Assembly (NCBI GenBank): GCA_000934665.2
Contig: JYFJ02000727.1
Location: 1-64,000 of the forward strand
Length of the DNA: 64,000 nt
Reading direction: 5' to 3'
DNA from: Catajapyx aquilonaris
Lineage: Eukaryota
Part shown: positions 8,613 through 24,100 of the stretch, one piece after another
How the letters are laid out: the number at the start of each line of letters is the position of its first letter
Numbering within the stretch: position 1 is the stretch's first letter
The notes under the pieces: generated by a model
The model's database searches: none
Seen by the model: the letters and a program-made list of their open reading frames with translations, nothing else
What the model was told of the DNA's origin: nothing
Made by a program: the position numbers and the translations under genes

Positions 8613-11600
8613 TCGACCAGACAAAACCAAACATGGAGGCTGATGACCTCCTCTCTTTCCACCTCGGTCTTTTTCTTTTCCCCTTCTACCCACCAAGTTT
8701 ACCATTCTCTTCGGCATGATTAATGGGGATAAATCCTGATTGATGACCTGCCCATGACTCGTGGCAAACAAAAATATTCCGCCCTATCTTGGTGTTATCA
8801 CTCTGTTTTTGCGCTTGTAAGCACAGCGGTTTTTGCTCGCCACTTTGAAGAAACTTGGATCAAGTCACATAGATTGCCAGCTATTCCAGCACTAATTTGA
8901 ATCCTCTTGCTCATCATCATGTTGGACCAAACTTGAGCATATTTGCATCACAGTGAAGGCAAGACACGAAACATTCCGTGTCAATTAACAGAATGGGGAG
9001 GAAGAACCAGGGATGTAATCCATTCTGATCAGCTCAACAAGGTCTGAGCAAAGTTGTTCTTGCGTGGATTCCATCCCGCTCCTAATTCTGATCGGAGGCG
9101 TTGGCATGGCCACATCTGCTTCCAAAACTGATTAAAATCGACCCGAAACGGGCCAGTCTATTTCCCCTGTCATAATGAATCTATTGTCTCCCATTTCCCC
9201 ATCCACTTCTCTCTGCTGGACCAAAGCAAACCTGGACAATGGCAGCGCTCAGTCATGAAGGAGAATGGCCCCATTCCCCCCAAGCGTTGGACTGATACAC
9301 ATAATTCTGCAAGCTGGAAATGAGGAGGTAGCAGAGGGGGTGGGCCGGGGGCTCATTTGCATCCCATTCAAAACCCACCAGCGGCAGCCGTCATCGTGAA
9401 TGGGGCGGACATCGAGGAAGTATAGTAGACTCTGGCCAAGTCTATTGGACCCACGCCAATCTCAAGTAAAGGCAACGGAGAGGGAGAAGAAAAAAAAGGA
9501 ACAAGACACACACGTCCCACGTACATGAAAGTCACGTTGGTGATGGCCGTGACACCCGTACTTTCCAGACGTCTCTTGGTCATTTCCGCAACGGATGCTG
9601 TGTGATGACCTCGTGTCAACAGAAGGCCCTAGGTGGCAAAATGACCGTGAAATCAGCAGCCATCACCTACCGTTATCACTTAGACTCCTTGGGCATAATC
9701 CCACAGTTGAGAAAAACTGATCACCTAGTTCCTAGGTAGCAGTGCTTGCGAATAGCGGTGACAACCCACTGCACTGGACGCAACGGGGATAAACGTTACG
9801 TGGTCGACTTTTATACCGGGGGCGGATTATATTCTACCGTATGCAGCAGTAAACATAGCAGTTGCGGTCCTTTCCAGAGAGGGGAAAAAAGCTCTTGCAA
9901 TCAATTATTGCGGCGGAAATTAAAACTGCCAGTCAGCAAATCGACTGCGGCAGTATAGCTTGCAGTTGAGAAGAGTTTCCGTCCGACCAATCCATCGCCT
10001 GGCTGAACCCTATGTTCTCTCCGAAGAAGAGGCAGGCAAAAAATAGAGAAGAAAATAGTAATGTATGGGAGACCTCGGCTTGTTTCCGCCCCGAACGTTG
10101 GAAAAAAAAAAAGGAGCTGACCTGAATTTTTACCTGTTCCACTCGCCAAAATCGGCGTGGGAGAAGCAGGGAGAGAGAGACCGCTCAAAATGAAATCTCT
10201 GACCTCTCACGCTACGTGAATTAAGTCGACCCCGTCAGTGACCACTCAGGGATCCAATTTTCCAGCCTGGTAATCACAGCCATCAAACGGTTCATACTTC
10301 GACCTCGGTTCATAACTGAGTCATGATGATGATTTCTAAAAAGGGATAGCATTTGGCTCCATCAGGATATGCAGCGAGAGAGGGCCATATTGGGGTTACG
10401 TTGTTGCCAGGCGAGGGAACTCGTTCATCTGTAATGTAATAATGCAAGGGCTAACTATTGTGGGCTGGTGACATTTGCTTGCATTTCCGCACATAAAAAG
10501 CGGCTTTCTGGTATAGCTAATGTTGGGCTCGGGGCTCTACACACGGCCTTTAGACTTGACCATATACTTGTTCAATGGACATTATATTAGAAAAAGGACA
10601 TGGCTTTCGTGGTAGTATAGTGATAGAATGAAAACTAATATTAGTCGCCGTTGCTAGCCTGAAAGTATACATTGTACATTTTTCATTTATATTCTTATAG
10701 CTATCAAAAATTGCCAAAAATGCTCATCTGACTGCACACTTGTATTTCCATCATATTAGTAGTCCTGAAGTGTACGAGTTCAGTCGTTTCTTGCAATACC
10801 AATGGCTCTCCTGTCTTATTTGCATAAAATGAGTAGGGGCCAAGTTGCATATGTTATTCATTTACATGAATCGTGAAAAATTATACTGTTACTGCGAACT
10901 ACTTCGTGACTAACCTGAAGAGTTCGTAGACAGTTTGCAGCGTGTAATTAAAATAACGCCGAAAGGTCGCACTACACTACCAGCCAAGTTTTCGTTACCG
11001 TCACGAGTCAAGCTATAATTATTTTGTGCTTCTAGATCCGTAAAGACCATATTTGGCAGCTTCATTACACTTGGCCTTAAACTAAATGTTTTTGAAATAG
11101 CACGTGGCATTGTAGATTGGTAACATGGTAATGAGTTGGCATAAGTATTACTAGTTCAAAATCCCCAACATTCGCAACAATCCTGACTATTAAGAAAATC
11201 ATCGGTTACTTTCACCTTCCATGATCAGTGCGTGCAAGGTAACACCATTGTCGCAACAAAGGTCAAGCAATCCTGCAGAGGTGTGCCTGCTTCACGACCC
11301 CAACCCTTTTTATGATGGCCCAGGGGCAACCCACACCACTTCACGGACCCGGATGGTTTCACGGAATATGTCCACAGGCCCACGATTCCTCTTTTTTTCT
11401 TTCTCTTCGAACTGGGGGGAGCAGTTCTATTTGCTCCTCCTATATTATTGCATGATTACCGTTTGCTGCAAAATGGTTCTAACCGCGACCAATCGAGAGA
11501 GGTCTGTCTGGCCAACCAGCACGTGATAAAACCCAGCGTGTTATTAGCGCCTGACGAGGTTTCCACTCTTCACGGCTATTGCCCTCCTCTCTCTCTATCC

Positions 11601-14600
11601 ATCTATCGCCTCTTCCACAATGGACCCGGCTCCATTCGGTGGATCGTGGATGCACCAACAATTCTTCGAGCGCACTAACACACGCTAAACCCATTCAATT
11701 AAAAATGGATAACAACCGATTGGATTTGCAGTGCACATCAGGGCTGGAATGGCCATGTAGGGCTTCTGACCCCAGGGGCCGCCTCCATTACTAATGACCA
11801 GGGCAGCAGCAACCACAACTTCCGCATGAGTACGTGTGCTTTGCCCCCTTCGTCCCTTGGGCAGTGCTCCATCTGATGTCAAGTCTTTCCACCGCACCAC
11901 AAAGTAAACCCCCACAGTTGGCAAACAATGCCAACAAAAGGCCCGGCTGAATATTCCCTCATTTACCGACAAATATTTGGCAGAATTTCATCTCAGGTGT
12001 TCCAACAAGCAGTGAAGGGTGCATACGGCAGACAGACATTATAGTCAATGGAATTGGAATATGTAGAGTAGGTCAGAGTCAGCTGTTCTGTACAGCCAGA
12101 AGCAAAAATATGCTCCAAGACAGCTGTATTATGATGTCTTTTTCTGGCAAGAAAATAAGGGGGCACCCACCGCACTGTCACTCTGAACCAAAATAATTCG
12201 GACTGGCCAAATGCCCAGGGGCGATGACACTCCCCCCAAAAAATGTGAAAAGAAAGGGTCGGCTAGAAAAGGTTTCTGGTCGGTTTCGTTTCGCCCCGTC
12301 CCTTTTCATTCTGCCTGAAGAGGGATGTCCTCCGGACCGATTTAACACCGATGACCTTGTCCTAGAGGACCGGTCCGCGTAATCGAGGCCTCGTTCAGAA
12401 TAGACCAATGCCGCCAGTCTTAGCATTGAAAAAACCCTTCTCAAGGACACATCCCTCGAAAAATCACCATACGACCATTTATCACAAAAATAAGACGCCG
12501 GTAATTACACCTAGAGCAACTTTTACCGCACAATGACGCCCTACTTCCAAGGGGTCAAACGGTTTTCTTTCCCACCCAGTCACCATATAACTGCACACCA
12601 GCAATCGGTCTCACAGCTGCTCTGCTTGTACACGGCTCGTTACACAGGTAAATACGGACCTGGCTAATGAGGCTTCAAAGATGCTGCTACTGAAAAGCAC
12701 CGCTAAAATCCACCTCCCCACGTTTAATTACACGGGAGACGGCCCGGCTCTTTCCTCGTTCTCTCGATTGATGATTTAAAGGTCATCAACACCCGTTGGA
12801 TCGATCTAGCGAAATTTTCTTCCGACTATTGCAGGGGGTTATGTCGTTGCTAAATCGGTGGCTGACACCGGTTGCAAAAATGTGCGCATTGATTCCGGGC
12901 GTTAATTAACCGACTGACACGATCCCACGCAAGAGTGGCCCATTAGGGATTCACGCCCCTGCGCTGGCTGGTGGGCGATATGGGAAATATATGTGGGGAA
13001 GATCAATCAAAGCCACGCCAATTGGAACGTAGAAAAATGTAGGGTTTCAGAACAAAAAACCAGTCTTCGAAATGAAAATTACCTGCAAGTTCGGGAGCTG
13101 ATTACTGCATCGAATCGAGTCACGCAAACACCGCAATTTCCAATGAAGTCTTGCCAGAAGGCCAAATAAGTCGTGGGGGAAAGGACAAAAAAAAGTCCAT
13201 TTTTCCGGTAGATATAAAGCCCAGCGGGGGTACCATAGGAAGAGAAGAGAGAGGAGCCGGGTCAGAGGTGATCCGCGTCCGATCCCCGCCCATGGACACC
13301 TCTCACCACCACCGGCGTTTTACGGGCAACCCGAACTTTTGAACGACTTTTACGAGAGTGCTCTGACTTTGCCCCTGGCCTCAAAAAAAGAAAGAAAAAA
13401 AAGGGAGAGAGAGAGAACCGGGCTGGCCCTTCTCAGTTAGTTTATTGCACCGATGTCTTCAAGGAAGCCTTTGCCTCGTCCTTGGCAGGACACAAGGGGC
13501 AATCAACTTGCTACCTGCATAAAGGTGTACCCACACTTGCGCACATGTAGTAGCGGCAGCTGGTTTATTGACCCTCTCAACAAGTCTGAGGATCCGACCG
13601 GACAGGAAACCGCTGATATGCGAAATATACAGTATGTGTCCGCATAAAGGGTCGTGTGTTGCAGCCCCCGTCTTCACAGGGCGCCCAGTCACGAAGAGTC
13701 CTAAGGACGTGCAAGGTCCATTAGTGCTCTAAAGGCTGAGAAAGAGCAGACGTAGCCCTCTTGGGAAGCGGGTAGACCGCTATCACGCAACTTGGAGCAC
13801 CAAAGACTACCCACATTTCCATGTCATTCTGACCTAGAGGAACGGTGCACAGACCTGCTCTCAAATTCAGGTTCGGCTTATTTGCCACGTAAGCACTGCC
13901 AGGGACTGACATCGATCGGGCAGACACAATAATAATCATCTACAGTCTCCAGCATTTGAGACAAAAGGGAGTTCGGAAGGGGGGAAAAAAATCAGATTCT
14001 GGGCTTCCTTGCTGACACAATTCCCTCTTATCTTTTCAGAGTTACAATGAAAAACATTTCCATTCCGCATCACCACGCCAACTTATTTTCCCTCCATTTG
14101 CATGATGAGTTGAGGTTGTTTTCTTCCGGGATGGGGGAAAAATCCAGCAGACTTTCTTTTTTATTATTATTTTTCTCCATCTCTAGCCCTGTATGCGATT
14201 CTGTCAACGACAGTCATCTGACCTTTCATCGCCATAGCAACTGATTATCCCGCTGTTTAAAATTTCATCAGGTCAGTGCTTCAAAACGGTCCACTATTTG
14301 TCTACGTTTTCCCCCCTACTAAAAATGCCTGCGTGGGGAGCAAATCGACCCCCGGTGTTAGCCTCTTATGGTAGGTAATAATGGCAAAGGTCGATCTTCC
14401 GGTGGCGCCCTAGGGGCGCCATCATTTCCAACCGGGGAGAATATTCTCCCTCCGCGACTTTTTCCACCTTATGGATTCCATTTGGCTGGCATCCCACCCC
14501 CGCCAAATGCAAATGGCGACCCCCCTCTCGGAAAAACGTGGAAGATGTATGTATGATAATATGAGCGGCGTGCTCTGCCCTGCTGGTTGCTCTGGGGTCC

Positions 14601-14721
14601 TTCCGCCTCCTTTTTCCCTGCTCCGGTCCCGATCACTGATGGCGCGGCCTTAATTGGCCTCCTCGAGACTTTTCAACGGTACTTGTTTCTAACGGGTCCT
14701 AGCACTCTGATGCACGGGATG

Positions 14722-14746
14722 GTGTGTGTGTGTGTGTGTGTGTGTG
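14722..14746. repeat. (GT)n microsatellite
   Basis: About 12 GT units. Confidence 0.95.
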
Positions 14747-17700
14747 CATACGGGGAGATTTTACACCTTAGAGCAGGCCCAGTTTGCTAAAAATCAACAT
14801 GGCCGGACAAACAATGCGTGATTAGAGTCCTTTAATTCGGCATGAAAGGATCTCATGGCCGTTCGGTCATCTGGTTGATTACGGTGGGGCATGTACTATC
14901 CACTACATCAGCATCAATCATAGGGGGGGTTCCATTATGGTCCGACTTATCGGAAAATCGATCTACACCCACCTACCTTTAAGTCTATTTTTTGTGAGTT
15001 CCTTACTGCCCACCGCCCACACAGATATGACCTATCTTTGTTGTCGGCCGTGGGCGAGATTAGCCACCTTAACGATTCTTGGCCTATTTTTGTCAAGTGA
15101 ATGCTTGCGACTCAGGGAAGACATGGCGGAAGAAAGGCTCGAAATATGGCCTGCTCTATAAATAAGAGGTATCCAAGTGGAGGGGGTGTCCGTGGCAGAC
15201 TTCTCTCGCGGCATAAATTTCCAGTTCCCCTGAAAGTACCCGTGCTCGGTTACAAACTACGCACTTACGAACTCATTAATCATCCAAAGTCTCCCTTCCT
15301 ACCTTACATAATAATGAAGCTCCCCGTAATTCCAGCTGTACCGGAGAGAAATATTTCATAACACCTTCTACCAGTGGCCACTCGACTTCGCAAAGAGATA
15401 CTCAGCAGGACCAGGAGGGAGGAGTCATGCGGGTGAATAAATTTACTTTGTGCACTGCAACCAAGGAGGGAGAGAACTTCAGTGGGGCTCTTCCAAAACT
15501 GCCAAGTATTTGCATTCTTTAGGTACTGCAAAATACACCAATATCGGGATGTTACGCAATGTTCTCCAACATAAGGCAATTACACTACAAACTACAGCGA
15601 AGGCAACTTCGGTGACACTCCTTGTAAGTGGCCCTCGATGTACACAGAGTAGCCCAAAAAGTAGTCGAACAGGTTAGCGAATTTTTATACTTGGTCCAAT
15701 TATCGCACAAGGGCATCCCTCATGTTCCTAGGAGTACCACACCCCGTACTACTTGACATCAAATTTTTGAGTCTTCCATCTTCGGAAGAAGTGGAACACC
15801 TTTGGGTTAACGAGGTGTGATGCTTAAAAGGACTATATGCATAACTCTACAGGCCCAAGACATTACACGCACTGGAATCATTTGTCTACATTTTGTGGAT
15901 CAGTTGTGATTGCTGTACCCATTTTTTTGTACACATATGTACAGGTTTTGGGGTGTCGATGTTGTTGGTCGGCCACGAATGGAAAATACTGTACGTAGTA
16001 CATGCAGTTAAAGTTATGGATGTGCTGCAACGTAAGCAAATGCACATGTGCAAAGATGTGTCAGCTTATTGGCAAAAATATGCTGTACACACCATGGCCT
16101 ATGTAGCTACCATACACTGTTACAAAATAGTTCAAACCGTGCACGCTGCAATATGCAACTAAATAACTAACACTGCACCGCGTCTGCGCTATTTAACAAT
16201 ACAATCATGCAGTCACATACCTGAATTAATACCCTTCCTGTCTATAGTTGCCAAGACTACAAATTCTATTCAACCCCCCCCCCCTCTAAATTATACAATA
16301 AACCGTCAATCATCCGATTGAATGCTATCGACATTTTTTGGGTGCACTCCAGACCCATACACATTGGTACATTGCGTAGTCATGGAAGACAGAAAAGGCA
16401 CTTTGCAAGTTTAATGTGGTTCAATTCCGAGCCCCCCTGCATGTGTCCTTCACAACATACTGGCAATGGCTCAAGTGACGTCCCAGCAAGTTTAGCGAGT
16501 GAAACTGGCTCTTGGAGCGTCATCTGCAAAAGAGGCGCTCTCTTCCCTATATGTACTAGCTGGGTAGGGGGATTGCAAAGCAGGACAAATGATTTACGCC
16601 TGGCAAAGTAAACAAAGGATTCATGAGCAAAGCGTGACTGAGAACCCTCTTGGGCTATAGCTAGCCTGCTGGACCACTGGAGCACAAAGCTTCCCAGCGC
16701 CAACTACTCGTGCGTGGAAAATTATTCCGAGTGTAAAATCCCAAAAATTTGACCCCAGGGCTCAGCCGCAGCCATGAATCAAAGCTTTTTGAGTCTTTCT
16801 GGAGAGGGGGAGGAGGTCTGGGGATCAAAAGAACCGGAACCGTTCCCTCAACCTACATGTAACGGGAAGTTTGGGGCAGAAAACGAGTTTTCGCGACTCC
16901 CAACCAAAAGTACGTGTATAGGTGAGAAGACTCGCTCGAACAGACGACATTTAATTACTATAGACTTAACCTTAGGATCTGGCCACATCCGACTTCCTGA
17001 CAATCCGTGGTAGAAAAAATCTGTGGTCTTTTTGTAGCAGAAAACACACTGGCATAACCGAACACTTCCCATGCAATACCCATGTACCCTGATTTCGAAA
17101 TGGGATTCGCCAGCTGCAGTGTAATTAATGATGCACACCCGCATTTATTATTGAAGCCAATTAGACCGGGTTTCGGCAGCGACATGGACCCAGCCAACTT
17201 CACACGACAGACTCTTGGTCTTGAGCTCAGTCACTAGACTCTGTCTTCTGTGTAATATAGCACCGATTACTAACGTTGTGTCTAAATATATCACCCAGTT
17301 CGAGCAAGGACAATACCATCATTTGTGCGAGCAGTTTACCCCAGAGTAATTGTGGTCCATTCACCGGTTATTGACATTTCGACATTGCGAATTATTTCAG
17401 AGGGAGGTGGCCTAGTTTCCTCCAGAGTTATCCCCACTGTGCATATTTTGAGGAATGCTGCTGGGGGTGTAATCTCATGTTACGTCGTTAGCAACTGAAT
17501 ATCCGGGAGCAAAAAGGGGGCCTGATGTGGAGGCTGGGGGGTGCTTATAGAGAACTGGATCCTGCAGCAGCCCCCAGCCCGCCTGCGATGCCGGCGAAAT
17601 GTCAGCAGCGCCATCATCATCGCCGTCCCCTTTGAAGCAAGGTTGCAATTAGCAGGCAAATGAAAGTCCCAAATAGGAGTCCTGCGCTGCCGGCGTCTCG

Positions 17701-20071
17701 ATTAGTTCCTAATGCGAGCCCGAGTCACGCCAGTTGGCCCCCAATTATTGTTAGCAGGGTGCAAACGAATGAGGCAGCCTTGCATCAAGCTATGATTTGC
17801 TTCATTTTCATACAACCTCAGCCTCTCACGTCAGAAGCCAGCGCCTCCTACTAATGCACATCCACTGGCTCAAAACGGTCCTAATTCAATTTTTATATAT
17901 TTTTTTAACAAAATTTATGCTAGCCTGACACCCTGATTGTTGCATCCAGCTACATCCGCGAAGGGTGAGGGCATGTCCTGATGCCCTGATGGGGACCGGT
18001 AGCGTACCGCAGGTCAGATGGGTCACACCGGTGTTGCGGATGTCCTTTGAGGCTGCCAATCTCTTTTTGTGTGTGCTTACGGTTTGGATGCGACATAGCG
18101 GATGGGAGGGAGGGAAGTGAAACGACCGAAGGGGGAGGGTGACAGTACAGTATCAATAAACCATGGATAAAATACTGTCAGGTGAGATGCAGGGGCAACA
18201 ACCGGAGCAGAGAGGTACAGTACAATATAACACTGTAAATCATGAGGATTGTGATTGCACATTTGTATGCAAAGTGGCATATTGCCGAGTTCTTTTTAGT
18301 GCACACCCAGAAGACTAACATACAAATTGTGCGGCGCCATCCTGCTGTCAATAGTCAACTCGACCCACGTCCACTTCCATTCATGCCGAATGACAATGGA
18401 TGTGCCACAAAAAAACAATCTGAATGGAAAATGGCCAGTCGTGCTGCATAATGCCGTCTAACCCACCATTACAATCATGTAGGCCGGAGCTATATATCGT
18501 TCACTTCTGCGTCCTCATATCCGGGTTCACAGCCAATCCTTCAGCAACGTCTCGCTTTATTAGTCAGTCGATCTGGGCACAGATAAAAGATGTGGAACAG
18601 TTATTCTCCCTTATCTTTCCCGTTGTTTTGCAGCCAACTGACAGTAAGGGCATTCCCAAGCCGCCATGCCACTTGCTAAAGGTCGGTCCCAATACACTCA
18701 TGAGCGCAACACTGTGTCCCTGTTTTGCAACCGAAAAAGTCCCAACTTGGCTGCAACCCAGCCAACCAATCATTTTAACTGGCAGATGATAAATCAGCCT
18801 ACACTGCAGCGGTTAGTGCTGCGAATGAGCCGTACTGTACGTACAGCAATTCTGTACGTACTGTACAGTTCGGACCATTGCAGCAAAAAAAAAAGGGTAG
18901 GGCATCAAGAGCGTAGTCGTTGACCCGAATCATAAATCTCCGTCAAAAGATCAAAGCCTTTATCTCGGATCCGAGCTGCTGTCACTTCAAACCGAGTTGC
19001 AATAAAAGGAGGTTACGTAAAAGAATCCTTCAGAAGCAAAAGTGTACCAAGGTACCAAGAAGAGGATGAATGCCGCGATCAATATTTTCCGCAACCCGTT
19101 GTCGAGGCACTCTCAAGACTTAAATTTTATCAAGTTTTTTCCCCCCCTTCTTTCTTCTTCCCCCCTTCTTGAGTCCCTCGCCTTTGAAACTCTGAAAATG
19201 GCTCGACTTTTCCTGCATCACCCTGTATAATACAGATTATGAACTCCCCTTGTTCTCTCCAAACTTTTCGTTCTCAATTTCCAATGCTGAATAGGAGCCA
19301 ACCTCTATAAGTAAACCATATTAGTTAAGAATCACAAAAAACCCGCGTAATATTTAAACGAGCCGCTCTAATTTTAATAGTGCAAATTTCCTCTCCAAGT
19401 TCCGCCCTCTCCATAGAGCGCCAAATCAATTCTACAGATCTATAATTAACCTTCCCGCAACAAGGCACATCCGAAGCCTGACAACGACTCCCTTTGAATA
19501 TATGCAGCGACCTGCCTTCTCAACCAACGTCCAGTCTCCAGTAAGTGTATTTCACGACCAGCAGATGGTTAATATGACCTGTAAGTGGAACCAAATCGTC
19601 CCCTAATCTCCGGGTACGTGTCACGAGCAGATAAATAAATCCCACGATTATCTCCGGATTGCGTATCATTTGCGACTTTCCTTTACCCCTTCGGGTTATT
19701 TCCCATCTCACGTCTAATGGTTTTAACTGGAGGCGACGTCAACTACTACCGGACAACCATGCAAAGATGCCCAATAGGTCATATGGACCAAATAAGGTCT
19801 TGCGCCTTTCCCTTGTCAGTAATTATAATCTTGAAGGGAGGAGCCCTCCAAAGTCCGTGATTGAAGGGCTGGATTTACTAAAGGCCTCGTGCTGCACAGT
19901 GTATATACACAGCAGAGACCTCAATCAGACCTGCTGCTGCTCTTACTGCATCACAGTTATTGGGAAGGGTTAAGGGGGCAACAAATTAGAATGGGAGTTC
20001 ACCCTGCACCCGATAGATGGCGCTGGGGTGGGCGGTGTGTTCGGAAGGCTGCGTTGGCTACGTGTACTTAC

Positions 20072-20166
20072 CTATCGTCGCCATATTTGCCCCCAGATGG
20101 GTTGAGCCACTGCTGCAGGACCGATGACACATCCCCGACGTCCTCTCCGTACACCAGGGTTCCGTC
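20072..20166 (-). CDS. IPPK: IPPK coding exon 6
   Basis: ttctcag|GAC...AG|gtaagt, 95 nt, phase 0 to 2. Encodes DGTLVYGEDVGDVSSVLQQWLNPSGGKYGDDR, continuing the NNLRIFx(D/N)GxL(V/I)YG family pattern. Confidence 0.92.
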
Positions 20167-21115
20167 CTGAGAACGAAATGCAGATATAGGAAAGCCTAAT
20201 GGAGCATTTCCCTTCCTCCACCCCCCCCCCCCCACCTCTCCGACGCCATTACAATCGCATTATTTTCTATTTAAGCGAAGCTAGTCTCCATGCATTATAC
20301 GCAGCGTCGCCTCGGAATCGGTCCCGGAGAAAACTCAACCCATGAATTCTAATGAAATGACGTGCAGGCGCACCGAAATTCGGCTCGGAAGGGCCTTCCA
20401 GCAGGTTGCATATCATTTTCCCAGCTTGGTTCGAGGGGGACCAAATATTAAAATCATACCAAAAAAAAACACTAAATTCGTAGTATCCTAAGCAAATTAC
20501 CCGGAACTACCGCAGTTTGCCGGTAGTCGACAGCTTGAGCCCCTAAACTATGGTACAACTTTCGAACAACTCGTAGCCCCGTATATTACACTATCTGACA
20601 TACGACACTCAAGATGAGTGGCGTGGTTTTCAAATGTACATAGGTGTCCGTATAACAATGCCCACTTTCAAATGTCACTTCGGGGGAGGTTAGGAAAAAA
20701 TAAAGCCTTCATGAGAGGTTAAATTATGGGAGAAAAAATGGCAATACACGGAATAGTCGGTGCCCAAAAGGGGTCAATTTCTCCGCTACTCGGTGGGAAC
20801 CGAGAGCAGGAAGGCCAACCAAGTGATGGCCGGATTCTATCCCCCGGAGAAAGGCAAGTTCGGGGGTGTTCTATCCATCCCCACTTTCGCGTGCTCCTTC
20901 CATAATACCTCCCGCTTCGAATTCATGATTCAGCTTCGTTATGCAGGGCTACTCCAACAACAAAAACATTCGTGCATTTTTTTTTGTGTGGGAGCCCCCC
21001 CACAAAAACTGGTCTCGGTTCTGATAAAAGCTGGATGGAATTCTGTGATTGGAAACAATGGCACCCGCTTCAGGTGAGACGACTTGAGATGGACACAATG
21101 GGCGGAGGAACTCAC

Positions 21116-21188
21116 TTGGAAAATCCGGAGGTTGTTCTGGGGGTCCCGGAGCAGGGCTTCGAGGGCACGGATCATGCGATCTCGCTTC
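21116..21188 (-). CDS. IPPK: IPPK coding exon 5
   Basis: ccacag|G...CAA|gtgagt, 73 nt, phase 2 to 0. Encodes KRDRMIRALEALLRDPQNNLRIFQ, with the PQNNLRIF motif. Confidence 0.95.
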
Positions 21189-24100
21189 CTGTGGATGGAA
21201 ATTAAGATACAGTAGATGTACACAGGTGTTTCTCTCGGCATGCATGTTCAGATAGCCATCTTTCCACACAACCCCGTTTCGTCTCCTTGAACCACATTTC
21301 GAGACCTTCTGGTCCAGCCAACTGCTATTTTCTGGCACAACTGAATCAAGTTCACATATTGGGCCAAGCGTGTTTGTGCGTGCTGGATACAAGTGCTCTC
21401 CTTGTCCAAAGTATTTACTTCATCATCCATACAGTATGCAAATCGCATAAATCTGTAAAATATATCATACAGTTTGGAGCTTACAGTGCTAAAAGCCATT
21501 GCACTGTATGCAGGTCGATGCCAGTGTTGCCATGCACCTGTAATCACACGCTGGCACCGAACTGCATGTAAAGAGACACCCCCACGCCCCTTTTAAAACG
21601 TCGAAATGACGCTTTTAGCACACTAATTATCTTCTCTGAACTCAGCATAAGTCAGCATTATCCGGATATGTATAGCATACAGAGCGACGACCTGCCTCGC
21701 ATTTCGGTGATTTCACCGCATTTTTCTAGTCATAGTCCCTATACCTACAACCGTAATGGTACGGCTCAAAAACCGAGGTCTGCACAAAAAAAAAAAAACC
21801 TGCTGCAATAACTCCGGGGAATGAAATGGACGAAACGCCACGAAGGCGATATTATTTCGGCACGCATGAACTCAGTGTATGGGCTTGACAGATGCATGAT
21901 GAGGGTAGAAAGTACGTTTCCTGGCCCGCCTTTTGCAAAACCCATGCCCATACATAATTCCGGGGGCCCACCAAAAAAAGTTTGGGCCAAAAACGTGCTC
22001 CCATCTCTATGGTGCTTCCCACTCCAGCTAATTCCAGCCAAGTATGTACCCCGCAGCCAGCTCAGATCGGGCGGACTGGGAGGGGGGCTACCCATTTCTG
22101 ATGTTGACCCAATGGAACTCTGGCAGGGGCAGAATTTAATGAGCCTGTACCCCGTATAATTTTTCCGTCCGGATTTATAATAAGCTCGGGGTGCACTCGC
22201 CCGATTCAAGGCTACAATCCATGGTGTAACTCCGGGGCAAAAGCAATTACCTTCTCTCGCCACACGGGGAATCGACTTGGTAAGTCACAACCCTTGTTTC
22301 AAAAATGTAGCCTCAATCTGGGCCTGTCATAGGACAAGCACAAACCAACTCTCTACCGGGGAGCATCGCAACTGGAGCCAACCCCATCTAGCGGGTGTCA
22401 CAGCTGCATGGGACAGCATGGCAGGTCCTCCAGCTAGCAGACATTTTGAAGTTGACATTTTACGTCGTCCGGAAGAGATCTGCCAAGGCTTCCTACCAAT
22501 CCCCGGATCCCGCCTGCCAATATGCGCAGGGCTTCTCCTTCCTACCCTCCCCCCTCAACTCCCATTCTTTCCTTTAGTGCCATTTTATGGGGCAGACAAC
22601 GAGTGACCCGTTTTCCCTTTCTATCATAACCCAAGCCTCCAGTCTCGGTGCCTGCAACTTATGGCATTCTCCCCATATACTCCCTTCGTCCAACCCTCCC
22701 CTATATATATGTATAGCTCGCACGCAGCAAAACCCGGACCGAATAATCGATTTGCCCCAAGAACCCACTACAAACCCCATAGCACAAAGAAAAGGCCAGA
22801 TCTGAGAGTTCGATCGTAGCAGCCGCTCCCCTGAACCGGGATTTATGGCCAATCCGTGACCGCCTAGGTGCGAATCATCCTTTACAATTAAACTCACGGA
22901 TTTTTCACACTCACAATGGGAATAACAATCGAAAATTGTAAGCAATTGAAATCATACATGAAAAAAAAATGCATGGTCGTGTCACGAACATTTGGGAGCA
23001 AGAACCTATAGTTTTGGAAATAAATGCGATAAAGATTTTACACACACAATATCTCGTTGCATTGTTTGGTGCTAGCTTTACCATTGCATCAGATGATGTC
23101 AGTACAGCGATATTCCAGGAAATCTGACACTTTAGACAGGAAGCTATAAAAGCCACCTGTTTCAAGCCTGACCACTGCTCGGTTGCCAATTTTGGCTACA
23201 ACACCATTATATTCCCCGAAGGAGAGAACCCACACATGGCAACGAACTCGGGGGATTCGACAAGGTTTTTGTTGGTCGAAGGACTCCGTAACCCCCCCTA
23301 ATGCCGCATTCCTTCCAGGCCTGCAGGAATTGCTCATATTTCTGGTACTATTCTTGAGGGGGGAGAGTTGTTTAGCTTTGCTCTCACTGAGCGCGGACAC
23401 GGCTATGACCCAACAAAATTCGTACATGAAATCATTCCTGGTATAACCTTATAAGCATGATGTCCAGGCTTTTCTTAGGCCAGGAAATGACAAAACCTGG
23501 TATACACATTATCTTTAATTATTATTTGGTTTCCACGTAAATTCTACATACATCCACACGTGAGTCCAATGCGCAGATGACAAATGAGTAAGTGTGCGAA
23601 TAAAAATCTCAAACGGGAGGAGTCCTTGACAGCGCCTCTAGATACTTTTTGAAGGAGCACACTGGTTCTGGGTGACTGTGCATAACGTGGGGTAGGGCAC
23701 TTTGAAAAGCCCAAAATAAGAGTGACGGTTCTTTATTGGGTGCCCCTTGACAGGATGATTCACGCAGTCATTAAGCTCATTTTAAACATTTTAAAAATGC
23801 ACACACATTACCGATGCGGACCACTTGATATATAACTCCTATAATACTCCTGCGGACTACAAAAAGACACTAAACACTTTTGAGGAGAACGCAGAACAGA
23901 AGAAACGTCCATGCCTGGCCTCCCTGGGCCTTCCAGCCCACTAATAATGACTCTTCTGGGTGGTCCGGAATGGAATAGCATACAAGCCCCCAGGCCTGAT
24001 GGTTACACAGGCTGCTGAGTGACGAAAAATGACGCCCAGATCTCCATTATTAAAACACATACAGATGAAACTGTACTGTACAAGTAAGGCAACATACAGG

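Noticed and set aside
13585..13605. EDPTGQE resembling the tarsal-less/pri LDPTGxY peptide
   Set aside because: Lacks the L and terminal Y-stop, and there are no repeated small ORFs.
18170..18192. AATACTGTCAGGTGAGATG resembles mature miR-8/miR-200
   Set aside because: No complementary star arm on either side, so no precursor hairpin, and there are mismatches to the mature sequence.
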